DNA from: Squalus acanthias
Taxonomy: Eukaryota
Assembly: GCA_030390025.1 (NCBI GenBank)
Contig: CM059432.1
Coordinates: 104,968,001-105,032,000, forward strand
Reading direction: 5' to 3'
Length of the DNA stretch: 64,000 nt
Shown: piece after piece, positions 14,121-27,058 of the stretch
How the letters are laid out: the number at the start of each line of letters is the position of its first letter
Numbering within the stretch: position 1 is the first letter of the stretch
Notes under the pieces: model-generated
Seen by the model: the letters and a program-made list of their open reading frames with translations, nothing else
The model's database searches: none
Told to the model about the DNA's origin: nothing
Position numbers and translations under genes: made by a program

Positions 14121-14642
14121 CCCAGTGTAAAGGAATAGCCATATTTCAGAAAAATACACCATCCTATGAACAGAATTCTGACATTATTAAAATATGACAA
14201 ACTGGGTTTAAAAATTTAAAAGCCTCAACAACACAAAGCTGTAAATACAGGCTTCGGAGATAAGATGAGCTTGTTAACACAAAGCTGTAAACACCATACA
14301 AGCTTTTGAAATGGGAAATGGTTATTGACACTGAGACAATGGCCCTATTGAAGAAGAAAAGGCTTGCTTCCAAGGAGTCTGCAGTTTGGAACCAACACAA
14401 TAGCTATACCTAGTTTAAAGTGTTAAAAGCAAACACTTCAAACAGAAACACAGAACATTAAAAAACCATGTGCCTTTGTAAAAGTATCAAATGAAACAGG
14501 AAACACGATTATATATATAACCAATTAAGATGGCTAGGAAAACAAATACCCTGGTTGAAGTGGTTTTGATTTACATATTGTAAAAGGTAAACAGAACACT
14601 TTGAAAATATTACATCAATAGATGACACCAAGCAATCACATT

Positions 14643-15473
14643 GGGCTGGATTTTCATTGACCCGTGGAGTCGGGTTTGGAGGCGTGTGGGGGGTTAAAGT
14701 TGCAGATTCGGGGGTCCCGACCCCATCCCGCCTCCATGCCAGTTTCGCTGGCGGCAGGTAACCGACCTGTGCTGGGACCCGCCTCCGAGGCGGGAAGGGG
14801 ATTAGTGACAATTAACTGCCTGTTAACAGGTAGTTAACAGGCAGTTTTTTGCCTAATCCCTATTTTGAAAGGTGAAATGTGGGCTTCCCGACAGGTGCCA
14901 ACCACGCCAATTATCAGGGCGGACCGTGGGTCTGCAGGGGTTGGAGGAGTCGATATGTCCGGTGGGCAGGTGAGTGATGGGTGCATGTGTGCAGAGGTAA
15001 GTGTGTACGGTAAGTGCAAAGTGTGGGAAAAAGTTTTACTTACCTTAACTTCCTCCTGCAGGTGTCAGCCCTTCAGTTCTCAGGAGTCAGAAATCTCACC
15101 GGCACAGAAAGCAGAAAGGCCGTGGTGCTGTCAAAAACGGCAGCCTTCTGTTTTCTGTGCTGGAATGATTTCTAACTCAGCCTGAGAGGAAGGACTCAAG
15201 TTAGAAGACAAATTGTCAGTGTTTGATAGCTTCACAGAGCTGTCAAACGCTGATATTTCATCTGTCAAAAGCTCTTGACAGATGAAATGTCAATCTGTGA
15301 CGTCACCTGTTGCCGGGTGGCCCTTAATTGGCCTGCTGAGTTCACTGGGCGGGCTCAACAAGGTCAATCAAGGGAAAATACAGTGGGTTGGCCACAAGTC
15401 GATGGAGGCGGGTCTACAACCCAAAAAGTGGGATTCACGACCCCAACCCGCCCCTAGTATCAAAATCCAGCCC
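14643..15473. mobile_element. PIF/Harbinger-type MITE (copy B, opposite orientation to A, different interior)
   Basis: TIR gggctggatttt/aaaatccagccc. Perfect 3-bp TSD att (14640-14642, 15474-15476). Subterminal sequences shared with A and C. Confidence 0.88.
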
Positions 15474-15481
15474 ATTGTGTT

Positions 15482-16346
15482 TGTATTGAAAATGGAATAG
15501 TTAGGAGACACGACTTCTGCTAATAACCAGTTAAGCCAATATTAAGAATTGAATGGAAGACCTTCGGTAAGAATGGCATCAAAGAGATAAATCTGTCGTA
15601 GCCATTTTATGATAAGTTTTTGAAACACCTATACAGCAGACACGATTCTGAAAGTTAACAGCTAAATTGACAGTAAGAATAGAAAAGAATTCAATAGAGA
15701 ATAACTGGAGATAATTAGCTTACATCAGCAGAAAACTTCAAAGAATAAACCACTAAAAAAAGGTATAAAAATAGAGCTTTTCAGATAGAAAGTCAGAAGT
15801 CGCTGGAACGAGGCAAGCGATTCTCTCACTCTTCAGAGGCAGACTCAGTTTTTAACTCGGAGTCTCAGGGATGAAACCGTACCTTTATTTGATTTTGGTG
15901 GATATTCTGGATTAAGAAGAAGACTTAGAAATGTAAAAATGTAACGAAGTTAAGATTTGAGAATAAGGATCTCTGAATAGAATTGTAAGCTATTTGTATT
16001 TTGAACTGTTAAAGTTGCGATTGACTCACCAACTGTTAACTAAATGTCGGTTCCTTAATAAATCTATATATTTTTAGAATTGTCTCAGAGTAATTTCTGT
16101 ATCAACCTCGCGAACTCAATCTCTGTACACTCTTTTGTGAGGAGTTGCAGAATTCTGGGGGGGTTTCCTGGACCTTCATAATATCCGGAAGGTTACAGTC
16201 TAGTTAAACTTATTAAAAGTGCTATCTGGAGGACGGTAATATCTTCAAGTCGTTTCTTTCCTTTAGGGACCTTTAGACCCAATTAAGCGTCTTATAGGAT
16301 TCGGCTATCTCTAACTTTAGTTGAAGGGGAAGGTCTGGGGAATACG
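15482..16346 (+). mobile_element. Possible solo LTR
   Basis: TATAAAA at 15764 and AATAAA at 16057 in LTR order; tgtatt...aatacg ends. No TSD found, so boundaries are tentative. Confidence 0.3.
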
Positions 16347-19300
16347 CCTGATCTGGGGTGGCCCGAAAAGGGCTAGGACTTGTAATTATCCCTTCACCAG
16401 CAGCTGCAGCCTTTTGGAAGAAACAGTTCCAGAGTTCCACTACCCTATTTGTGAAACACTACTTCACAAAAGCATGCCTCTTGTTTATCTATCTGAGAGA
16501 GAGATTCAACTTGAGGGTTTCTCTTCTGGTAAGTTATTAACTTTTATTTTTCTGAAACTTCAAGGAAAATTCTGCTGTTCCTATTATTTTACACTATAAA
16601 ATGGGGCGGGGAGGTGGGTAAAAACCAGGAAACAACTTGCATTTAGATAGCGCCTTTAGAAGCTTGGTTAAAGAGGTGGGATTTAAGGAGGATCGGGAGA
16701 TCAAACAACAAAGGACTTTAGGGAGAGAACCCCAGAGCATGGGGCCTAGGCAGCTAAAGATACGGTCGCCAGTCATGGGACAAAGAGAGGGAGGATGCAC
16801 AAGAGAGTGTTATGGGGGTGGGGTAGTGGTGCTGGAGAAAGTTAAGGAGATAGCAGGAACAAGCCTATAAAGGAATGTAAACACAAGAATAAATTTTTTA
16901 AAGTTGATGCATTGGAGGACCAACAGCCATTGCAGATCAGCAAGGACCGGGTGATGGGTGAGCAGGACTTGGTGCAGGACAGGATAAGGGCTACAGAGTT
17001 TTGGATCAGCTGGAGCTTATGGAGGATACTATGAACAAAAAGACTTTCCCACCCTTCCTTGAATGTTCTTTATTGTTTTAAATGTTATCAATTTTTAACA
17101 TAAAATTGACAGCAGACTTGCCATTTCACGTGATTCCACAAAATCTCATGATTTTCATGGTTTTTTTTTCCGTTTTTCGACACCTAATGCTGGTGGAGCC
17201 TGCAAACTTTTCTTACACCTTCATTCTAGCACACCATCAAATAACAAAAAAGTAATGATATCTTAAAGAAATAAAATAAGGCTAGAAAAAAATAAAAGCG
17301 AGCTAGCGTTTTTAGTAACACAGAATCTTCCCCTTCCCTGAATTTTGACTCAAGAATTAAAAAAAAAAATTAGGCAGCTCAAAAAATAAAAACAGGAAAA
17401 GAACCACTTTCTACCATCACACATAATTAATGTAATCTGACAGGATGTAAGAAATACATTCAATAACGTGTCTAAATTCAACAGAACTGTAAGCATCCGA
17501 AGATAGTCTTTAGTTTCCCTTTTTATTGGTTTAACTTCATTTGGTGAAGCAGCAATAAAAGTCTGCATGAACAAGCTTGTAAAATCTCTGCAGCCTGCCC
17601 AGTGCTGATCCCAATGCAGGTTGTAAGACCTGGTGAATTGCACAGACATGCAGGGCAGTGAACCATGGCAATCACAATTTCACAGACTGGATAAAATACT
17701 GAACAACAGTAGCAGACACTTTGGCCCTCCAGCTATCCAGCCTATGAAGATTAACATGCATGCGATATACTATTACCAAACTAGGCCCTGCATTTCACAA
17801 ACATTCAGAATGTAAACCTGGATGGAAAAGAATTACCAACAGCAATTTACCAATTCCAAATAAACTTTTTTTTAAATTAAAAAGTTACTGATTTGCATAA
17901 TTGCAGACTAAATATTAACACATAGACCTTGGGTAAATTCAGTATTAGTTTCTTTAAATGCTCAACTCTGCTAATGAAATCTTCACTTTCTTTACCTTAC
18001 CACAATCTCAGAATATTTGGCCATTCAGAAATACAAACCTTATTTTCCACACAGCTCAGCGACATACTGATGATCAACCTAACGTGCACTAGAAAAAAAA
18101 AGTTTACATTTTTGCATGTACTCAAACATATTTATAAAGAAGCTAAATAGAAAAGTAAATGCAAAGCACTCCAAGGGACAGGACATTTTCCAAAAGAACC
18201 CGATTATCAACATTAAATACCTAATGTTGATAAATGGAAAATAAAGTCAATGTAAAGCAAACTCGGTATTGTCAGATGACAAATTGCCCAGGCAAGTTAT
18301 ATAAAAGGGAAAACTATTGTTGTTAGCAAGGTTCAGAGAACACTCTGCGCTGGGTAACTCAAGCAGTGTCTAAATACCCTCAAAAGATGGCATTTTCTTG
18401 GCCAGACATTCAAATTTCTCTTTCTGAAAGTATCGCCAACGACCCTTGAAGTGTCATGAATTCATCTAAATGATCCCCAGTAAAGTAACTGGATGGGCTT
18501 TATGCGCTTGTGAAGTTCAAAAGCAAATTCTGACAGTGACTCTGCTCCAGACTAGTTCAACTGAAAAAGCTCAGGGCCCAGCCGAGCCACAGCTTGAAAA
18601 CTGCAGTGGCATTTCCAAAAACTCTCACAGCAAAACTGCTACAAGGGAAAACCAGGCACTGAATTGGAGGGTCAGGCTATTCAAAAGAGCTGTTCATCTG
18701 CCTCTCCTCCTCCCAACACACCATTTATAACTTATTTACATTCAACACAGCAGCCTACGACAGACAAAAATAAGGGAACACCACATGAAAAATTCATAAC
18801 ATGAGCAGCTGCTGAAGATACAGACAGGCTAAGTTGAGAAACTCTGGTAGCTCCCGCTGTCAGCGACGTTCCTGCAATAGAACTGCCTTTAAAACTGACG
18901 ATGGAAATATTTTGGAAACATAACCGTTACGCTAAACTTTGAAGGGAATTTTAAAAATGGCATGGTGTCGAGAGAACAGGACAGTAAGTTTGGAATAACT
19001 GAATCTAACCAAGTAATGTTTTCCTCTTCCTCCCCCCCACCCCACTCTATAAAGTTCCTTGCAAAATTAAAACATTCAGTATGCTACCTGAAACCAGAAT
19101 GTAACATGTCACGATAATAAATTTCTGCACTGCAGCTGCCAGTCTTAATTCTAGAACAGAGCTAAATGCTCATGGAACACAAGAAATTCCACTTTTTAAA
19201 AAGCATAATATAAACTGTGTGTAAAAATAAAAAGCACGGGCTCCACCTTCCGCTTGCTGTTGCATCCTTCGCCTACTCCATTCAGGAGCTGCCCAGGAAT

Positions 19301-20684
19301 CTATAATGCTGCAGGTTGCGACTGGAGGTGGAAGTAGAGCACTGTTGAAGTGGAAAGTGGCAGTCAGCAGCGAGATGGCATACTTATCACTCCCCACTGT
19401 CAGATCGTTTCTGCCATCCGCTTTTTCGGAAGATAATGTTTTTCATTGATGGCACTCATCCATGGCTCTCCACTGGGAGTGGAAGAAGGATGCCATGAAA
19501 TCTTGGCTAGCACATCTTAGAAGAAGTGACTCAACCAAAACACTCTTTAAAGACTCATACAGGCTTGCTGACATGAGAGAGGGAAAGTAAAATAAAGGTA
19601 ACTTGGTTACCACAAAACAAGTCTGTGACTTATTACTAATATGATTTTGGTTAACAAAGTGGTTTTAAAAAACATCACATGGGAAGCGATCAGGTTCAGT
19701 GGTAGAATAGAGGTTGGGAGTTGAGAATAGTTTGCTGTGATACTTCTGTATTCCAAAGTAACTTATTGCTGTCAATTGAGTTAATTGTGACCCTCCTGTT
19801 GGCTGCAGAGAGGCTTTGTAGTACACTGTGGAGGAACTAGAAGTTGAGCATGTGGCACTTGGCTTTTGGGTAGCCAGGTTACTAGAAAATCACTTACCAT
19901 GGAAGTGCATTACTGCATTATTGGTATCTCAGAATATCCTACTACCGCTCTTTTTTCAAGCAATCTTTTTGTGATTGAAGGACTCTGAGCAATACAAAAC
20001 AGACCAGAAGTTGAGCATGATGTTCAATCAGGATTTTGCCAGTTTTAAAGCACTTTAAATATATTCAGGCCACTCACTAGTTGGGACGCATAGATCCAGC
20101 ACATTGTTCCAAAATGCAGGACGTTGCAGATTACAAGATCTCCCTCCAGGCGCTGAGATCGCAGTTTAGCGCCTGCTAATCCCCAAAAACAGCAAATTCC
20201 CGTTCTCAAATGTATCTCCATGAGATGGTGTCAAATAGAGGAAAAGGAAGAAGTGTGTGTGGGAGGAGAAATCTGTATATTGTGGTTCAATACTCAACTA
20301 ATGAGGCTTGAATAGGCATAGGTTCCCCCTGACCCCCCAAAATAAAGTGTATTAAATTATACTAAGACTCAGTTAATTCTCATGCTTCAAGTTAGTTTGC
20401 AAGAACAGAAGATTCATCAAGCACCAGGGGCTCCACATTTGTAAAGCTGGTTGTTCTATGTAATCAATCATTTTGTTAATGTCAGCAGATTGTTGACTGG
20501 TGGCCCTTAAGTGGCTAGGCCAAGACCAAAACATCTATGCAGTTCTATTTTTATGACCAGCTGTTAAGGTCAAGAGTGACAGCTGCACAGTAAAAAAAAA
20601 GGAAAATTTTTTTTGGCTGCTGTTGAATTCCCTGCATGACAAGCATGTTTTCATTTTTGCTAATCCACTACCTACAGTTAAATA

Positions 20685-21275
20685 GGTACCAGAACTGGGA
20701 GGATATAACTATCAGGAAAGATTGAACAGGCTGGAGCTCTTTTCTCTAGAAAAAAGACTGAAGGGTGACCTGATAAAAGGTCTTTTAAGATTATGAAAGG
20801 GTTTGATAAGGTAGATGTAGAGAAGATGTTTCCACTTGCGGGGGAGAGCAGAACTAGAGGTCATAAACAATGCTCCCCCCAAGGTGCGCGGTCGCAAGGT
20901 CCCATGCAGACCGGTCACCAGCTCCTGCCACTGGAAGAGATACCGCGCATGCAGCAAATTCAAAGGGGCCACGCACAAAGAAAAAGAGGGCACATTGGTC
21001 ATAAGTATAAGGTAGTCACTAATAAATCTAATAGGGAATTCAGGAAAAAAGTTCTTTACCCAGAGAGTGGTTAGAATGGGGAACTCGATACCACAAGGAG
21101 TAGTTGAGACAAATAGCTTTGATGCATTGAAGGGGAAGCTGGATAAACACACGAGGGAGAAAGGAATAGAAGAAGATTATGCTGATGGGGTTAGAAGAGG
21201 GGTGGGAGGAGGCTCGTGTGGAGCATTGGGCCAGTTGGGCCGAATGACTTGTTTCTGTGTTGTGCATTCTATATA
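20685..21275 (+). mobile_element. CR1 3' fragment interrupted by a small MITE
   Basis: MKGFDKVDVEKMFPLAGESRTRGHK | YKVVTNKSNREFRK. Confidence 0.85.
20868..20997. mobile_element. 130-bp hAT-like MITE
   Basis: Ends caatgctccc / gagggcacattg. 8-bp TSD gtcataaa (20860-20867) / gtcataag (20998-21005). Confidence 0.75.
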
Positions 21276-23823
21276 TTTCTATGTAAAGCAGCCAGGCTTT
21301 CTCATCAGCTTTATACCAATAATTTCCTCAATATGACAATGCACTTTTATGAAGTAACAAAAGATAGAGAGGTCACCTTCTGCACCGTTGATAACTTAAA
21401 AGTATCTTTGTATTTTCAATTTTATTAATCAAAGACACAAGCCACACATGATCTGAAAAATAATACCAATAATATAAACATGTACATTTGAAGGAATCTT
21501 ACAAACATCAAGCACTTGAGGCTAACGTTTTAACACTCATTAACTGCTTCACCAGTTCCCCATATCATGCACCAGCCAAGATTCACAGCAAATGACTGCT
21601 GCCAATTTCACTCTTCAACTAGGTGAGAACATTAAATCTAGATTGTACACTGAACACATCTCTGCACATTTGCCTACTTTTGGAACCAGGTTCAAGACAT
21701 TTTGAATAGTGCACCAGTTTTTTTGGCACTGCTATCCCAACTAATGGGATTTATTTTAAACTACATTTAACCATACACCATCTCTCAACCAAGAAGGGTG
21801 GGCAACCTGCTCCCATGTCTCTGCCAATTCCACTATGAAGCTGCTATTTTGGAGAATATATATATCCCCACACACATTTGCCCTCTTGTAGAAGTGGGTC
21901 ACAGAGCATTCAGAATAGTCAAGTACAGCTTTTGGCTCTGCTATCCTGACTGATTGAAGATTATGCAAACAAGTGCAGCGTAGGTTTCTCAACACTGGAG
22001 TTTGTCCAGCTAAAGCCAGCTGGACAGTTAAAACTCTGAAAACTGCATAGCTGAGAGATCACTTCCCACTGCGCCCTCAGCCTAGGAAAGGAGCATGGAG
22101 ACTTATAGCAGTGGACAAAATAATTTAACAAATGCAATCCTCAATTTTGGCAAATGTTGAGAACAGTAGTAATTATTAAATATAGGTGCCTCAGCATGCT
22201 CCAAAACATTCCTTCACTCTCCTTGTAGTGAGTTTCTACTCTCAACCTTGCCGAGTGCAATTAAAATACGTCCCTATTTGAGAAAAGAAAAGGAGGGTTT
22301 TTAAAAAAAAAAATCCAGACACCTCTTGACTTTCTAGAATGAGCTAACAGAATAAATCTGGCAGGTTTTTCCAAAGTAATTCAAAGAGGAGGTAGTGGCT
22401 GATACCCCGTTTATACTGCATGTGGCAGCAGGAACGATAGAGACAACCCTGTAGTATAAATGACCCAAACTTTGACATCAAAAGTAGTGAAATCTTCGCG
22501 CAGTGGTAAAATTAAAAATATTCCCACTGCCAGCATTTGCTGTTGTATTGCCAGTTTGGTCTCCGTCTGTCTCTCTCTCGTGAAGGCTCACGGCCAGATC
22601 CACAAGGTCACAAATGTGACTTTGAACTGCGTACATGTAGTAACATTAAAGCAACAGTCACTACTTCAGAGCAACTATGCATGCACGAATCACATTTGAG
22701 TAGTTTCCTGCTGCCACAGTATAAACAGGGCAATTTTGGCATACAAGAAACCTGAATTATTGATCCACTTTGTTCAAGAATATAAAAAGAGTATAATTTA
22801 GGAGACACTTTATTTAGGTAACTTTCATGGGCAAGCTTAGGAGTAGGAGAGAATTTCATTTTGATGTAAACATAAAATTGAGACAATCGAGTCCGCGGCA
22901 AGGTAGAGCAGCTGTTGGTAAGAGTAAGTATTTTGCCTCTCCTTTCAGTCTGTTAACCTTTAGACTATTTAAGGCCCAACTTCTTGGTATAACAATTTAA
23001 TTTAGATTTTTTTTTAACAACAGAATGGTTCGTGTAAATAATAATCATCCAGATTTGCTCATTACTGACCTTGATTTTGGGAGTGAGAGGAAAAAGAGAA
23101 GTGCGGAATGTCAGAGTGCTTTTAATCAATCAAAACAGAACAGTCTAAACGTAACCAGGAATTATTAAGACAGCAAAACATGTGAATTACTTGAACTTTA
23201 CCCAGTGGAACTGATTCACGTTTCATTATAATCCATCAAAGACCTATTAATGTCAAATTTACATGAAGTGGATTTAATTATATTCAGCCAGTACTTTTAA
23301 TTAAATTTGGCAGGTTGTTAACATTCAATCTGTCAAACAAAGGACAATTAAAAGGAAATTATTTTACTCATAGATGGATAAAATGTTGCACCAAACATAG
23401 CCTGTGGAGTTACCCTTTTTCTCAGACGGGCTGAATTTTTCAAATGCTGCCAGCACTTTAACAAAAATGTCCCTTGGTTTAATTAATAAAGCTGAAACCA
23501 AAATCAATGGTGTGAAGAAAATATTCATTTTCTTCAATCATGAAGACACAACACAAGAGGGGAAAATCTTCATCGTGTAAACAGCTTAGTTCTAAACTTA
23601 TGGACGTGCATAAAATACTGAGCTCTCTCAAAAGTTTATCTATACGGGTCCAGAACTCAAAATCTATTTCTATAACAGAACAATTTTATGTACCTGCTCG
23701 CAATAGAAAATACAAGACAGTAATTGGAAAAATTGCAGCAAATTTGGAGAAACCTGACAATTCAATCAATGCTTAATTTCAGAGCACAAACACCAAATTA
23801 AGTCGATCACAATATGTTAATGT

Positions 23824-25610
23824 TATCACGATGTAGTCCAATCTGAAACTAAGGTCTTCAATCTAAACAGAGGAAACTTCAAGGGTATGAGGGACAAGTT
23901 GGCTATGGTAGATTGGGAGACTACACTAAAAGGTATGAAGGTGGACATACAATGGCTAACATTCAAGGAAATAATGCATAATTTGCAACAAACATATATT
24001 CCTCTAGGGCATAAAAACCCTAAAAGGAAATGTGATCCAACCATGGCTAACAAAAGAAATTAAAGCTAGTATTAAGTCAAAGGAGGAAGTTTATAAAGTT
24101 GCCAGAAAAAAAGCGGTCAGCCTGAGGATTGGGATCTTTTTAGAAATCAGCAAAGGGGGAACCAAGAAATTGATAAAGAAAGGGAAAATGGAATAGGAGC
24201 ACAAACTAGCGAAAAATATAAAAATGGATTGTAAAGCTTCTATAGGTATGTGAAAAGGAAAAGACTGGCGAAGGTAAATGTAGGTCCTTTACAGTCAGAG
24301 AAGGGAGAATTTATAATGGTGAATGAGGAAATGGCAAAGAAATTAAAGAAATACTTTGCTTCTGACTTCACGGAGGAAAGGAGGGAGAGAAAACGGGAAC
24401 TACAGACCTGTTAGCCTCACATCAGTAGTTGAGAAAATGCTGGAATCTATTATAAAAGATGCAATAACTGGGCACTTAGAAACTAATAGTAAGATTGGGC
24501 AGAGTCAAAATGGATTTATGAAAGGGAAATCCTGTTTGACAAACCTATTGGAGTTCTTGGAGGATGTAACTAGTGGAGTAGACAAAGGGGAACCGGTAGA
24601 TGTGGTGTATCTGGATTTTCAGAAGGCCTTCGATAAGGTCCCACACAAGAGGTTGGTGAACAAAATTAGGGCACATGGAATTGGGGGTAATATACTAGCA
24701 TGGATTGAGAATTGGTTAACAGACAGAAAACAAGAGTAGGGATAAACGGGTCTTTTTCAGGATGGCAGGCTGTGACTAGTGGGGTACCGCAAGGATCGGT
24801 GCTTGGGCCCCAGCTATTCACAATCTATATCAATGATTTGGATGAGGGGACTAAATGTAACATTTCCAAATTTGCTTAGCAGATGCTCAAAAGGGACCTG
24901 GGTGTCCTTGTACAGGAGTCACTGAAAGTGAATGTGTAAGTGCAGCAAGCCATTAGGAAGGCAAATGGTATGCTGGCCTTCATTACAAGAGGATTTGAGT
25001 ACAGGAGTAAAGAAGTCTTACTCCAATTATATAGGGCCTTGGTGAGACCACACCTGGAGTACTGTGTACAATTTTGGTCTCCTTACCTAAGGAAGGATAT
25101 ACTTGCCATAGAGGGAGTGCAACGAAGGTTCACAAGATTGATTCCTGGGATGGTGGGACTGTCGTATGAGAAGAGATTGTGTAAACTAGGCCTGTATTCT
25201 CTTGAATTCAGAAGAGAGACGAATCTCATTGAAGCATACAAAATTATTACAGGGCTTGATAGGGTGGATGCTGGGAGAATATTTCCCTTGGCTGGGGAGT
25301 CTAGAACCAGGGGCCACAGCCTCAGGATAAAGGGTAGGCCATTCAGGACTGAGATGAGAAGAAATTTCTTCACACAGAGGGTGGTGAATCTTTGGAAGTC
25401 TCTACCCCAGAGGGCTGTGGAGGTTCAGTCATTGGATATATTCAAAACAGAAGTCGATAGATTTCTGACTAGTAAAGGCATCAAGGGATATGGCGATAGG
25501 GCCGGTGAATGGAGTTGAGGCAGAAGATCAGCCATGATCTCATTGAATGGCGGAGCAGGTTTGAAGGGCCAAATGGCCTACTCCTGCTCCTATTTCTTAT
25601 GTTCTTATGT
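23824..25610 (+). mobile_element. CR1 LINE ORF2 fragment with internal deletions and 3' tail
   Basis: NYRPVSLTS, YLDFQKAFDKVPH, RPHLEYCVQFWSP and a (tcttatgt)n tail. Deletions near 24375 and 24876. Confidence 0.95.
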
Positions 25611-26915
25611 GTAAAAAACCATCATCTCCCAATTTTTTTGTAAACAATTGCTGCTAGTTCAAAATTGGGAGTAGTATTTGTCCTTTAGTTTTGGAAGAAA
25701 GTGCTCTCTCCTCTCTTTCATACCTAACTTGTTTATTAAGTCTATGTAAATAAAACAAAGATTATTTTCCTTCAGTGCAGTTACAGGAGCAACCTTCTAG
25801 AGCATTTTACAAATGTAAATAAAACAGAATTCATAACCTTGTCAGCATCTTTATAGTGTACTGGTCGAAATCACGTGGTATTGCATACAAGACTAAGTGA
25901 ATTCCTCTAGTGAAGCATGATTAGGGAGTGGGGGGATAATGGACCAGGGCACGCAGACATAATTCAATCACCATTTTAAAATTACACGTTTGGGGCTTAG
26001 AAATTTATAACGGAAATATTTCGAAGTCCGCATTTATAATAGAAACTGTCTATGTAAACATATCACGCTGAGTTTACACCTTCCTGTAAATGGAGGCACT
26101 GTAGCAGCATCACTGGTGGGAGGATGTAATTACAGTGTGACAAGTTTACATAGGCAATTTCCATTACAAATGTAGACATAGGAATTTATTAGAAAAAGTT
26201 GACAGGAAATGTGTGCAGATGGAAGATTATTATTATATATACACATTTACAACAAATTAAACTTCAATCTTCAACTAATTAAAACAAATCAGAAAGTTAT
26301 AGTGTATTGCAGAAATGGAAGTCAATTTTGTTTCATGCATTAAGTGCATTTTCAGTTCAAGAGTAATGAAATCCAAGAGCAGTACCAATAAAATCAAAAT
26401 TAATTCCTGTATCCATTGAGGGATATAGGCAGCAGATTTTTCCTAGGAACAGAAGAGGTTTATCCAACATTAACATCTCCTCTGCCCCAAAACTACCAGA
26501 TTAACTGATCGACATCACACAAGGATGCCATGCATATTGGATACCGTGCATAGTACAGTACAGACCATTTCACAAGGAGTGCTCAACACATTTCAATAGA
26601 AATTTTAGAATCACTGGGTGATGACAGAACTGTAACAAATCAAGTCAAATTAAACCTGTGCAACACCACCTGTACTCCATTTGCTGTGTGCAAACCAATG
26701 ACGACTGTCAACATTCTTTGTTTCCAATCGATTTGAATAAATTCTGCCTTATCAAGAACATTCAAAGTTTTAAGCACATTTATACTACTGGCTAACTTAA
26801 AAACTCAAGTCCATAGATTTATTCAAGCAACCCTTTCAAAGTAGTTCTAGTTTCAAGAACATTTTAAATGGATAAAAACTATGTTTGTTTCACATTTTAG
26901 AAAATAAAATATGAT

Positions 26916-27058
26916 GGGCTAGAAATTCGTCTCGGGCTGTGGTGCAAAAAGGGCGGTATCGGATTGGCCGCCCGTTATACGCAGCGCCTGATATTCCATT
27001 CCATCACTGATCTGATACCATCCGTTTTGCACCACCGCCCGAGATGGATTTCTAGGCC
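26916..27058. mobile_element. 143-bp palindromic Harbinger-type MITE
   Basis: gggctagaaattcgtctcgggc.gtggtgcaaaa pairs with ttttgcaccaccgcccgagatggatttctaggcc. Flanks gat/aat. Confidence 0.75.

Noticed and set aside
19262..20201. Weak inverted ends at 19262/19493 and 20029/20201
   Set aside because: Short imperfect matches without TSDs. Possibly old MITEs but unsupported.
22460..22640. Nuclear-receptor half-site cluster (aggtca, tgactttgaact) as an intronic enhancer
   Set aside because: Hexamers occur by chance, and conservation data are needed.
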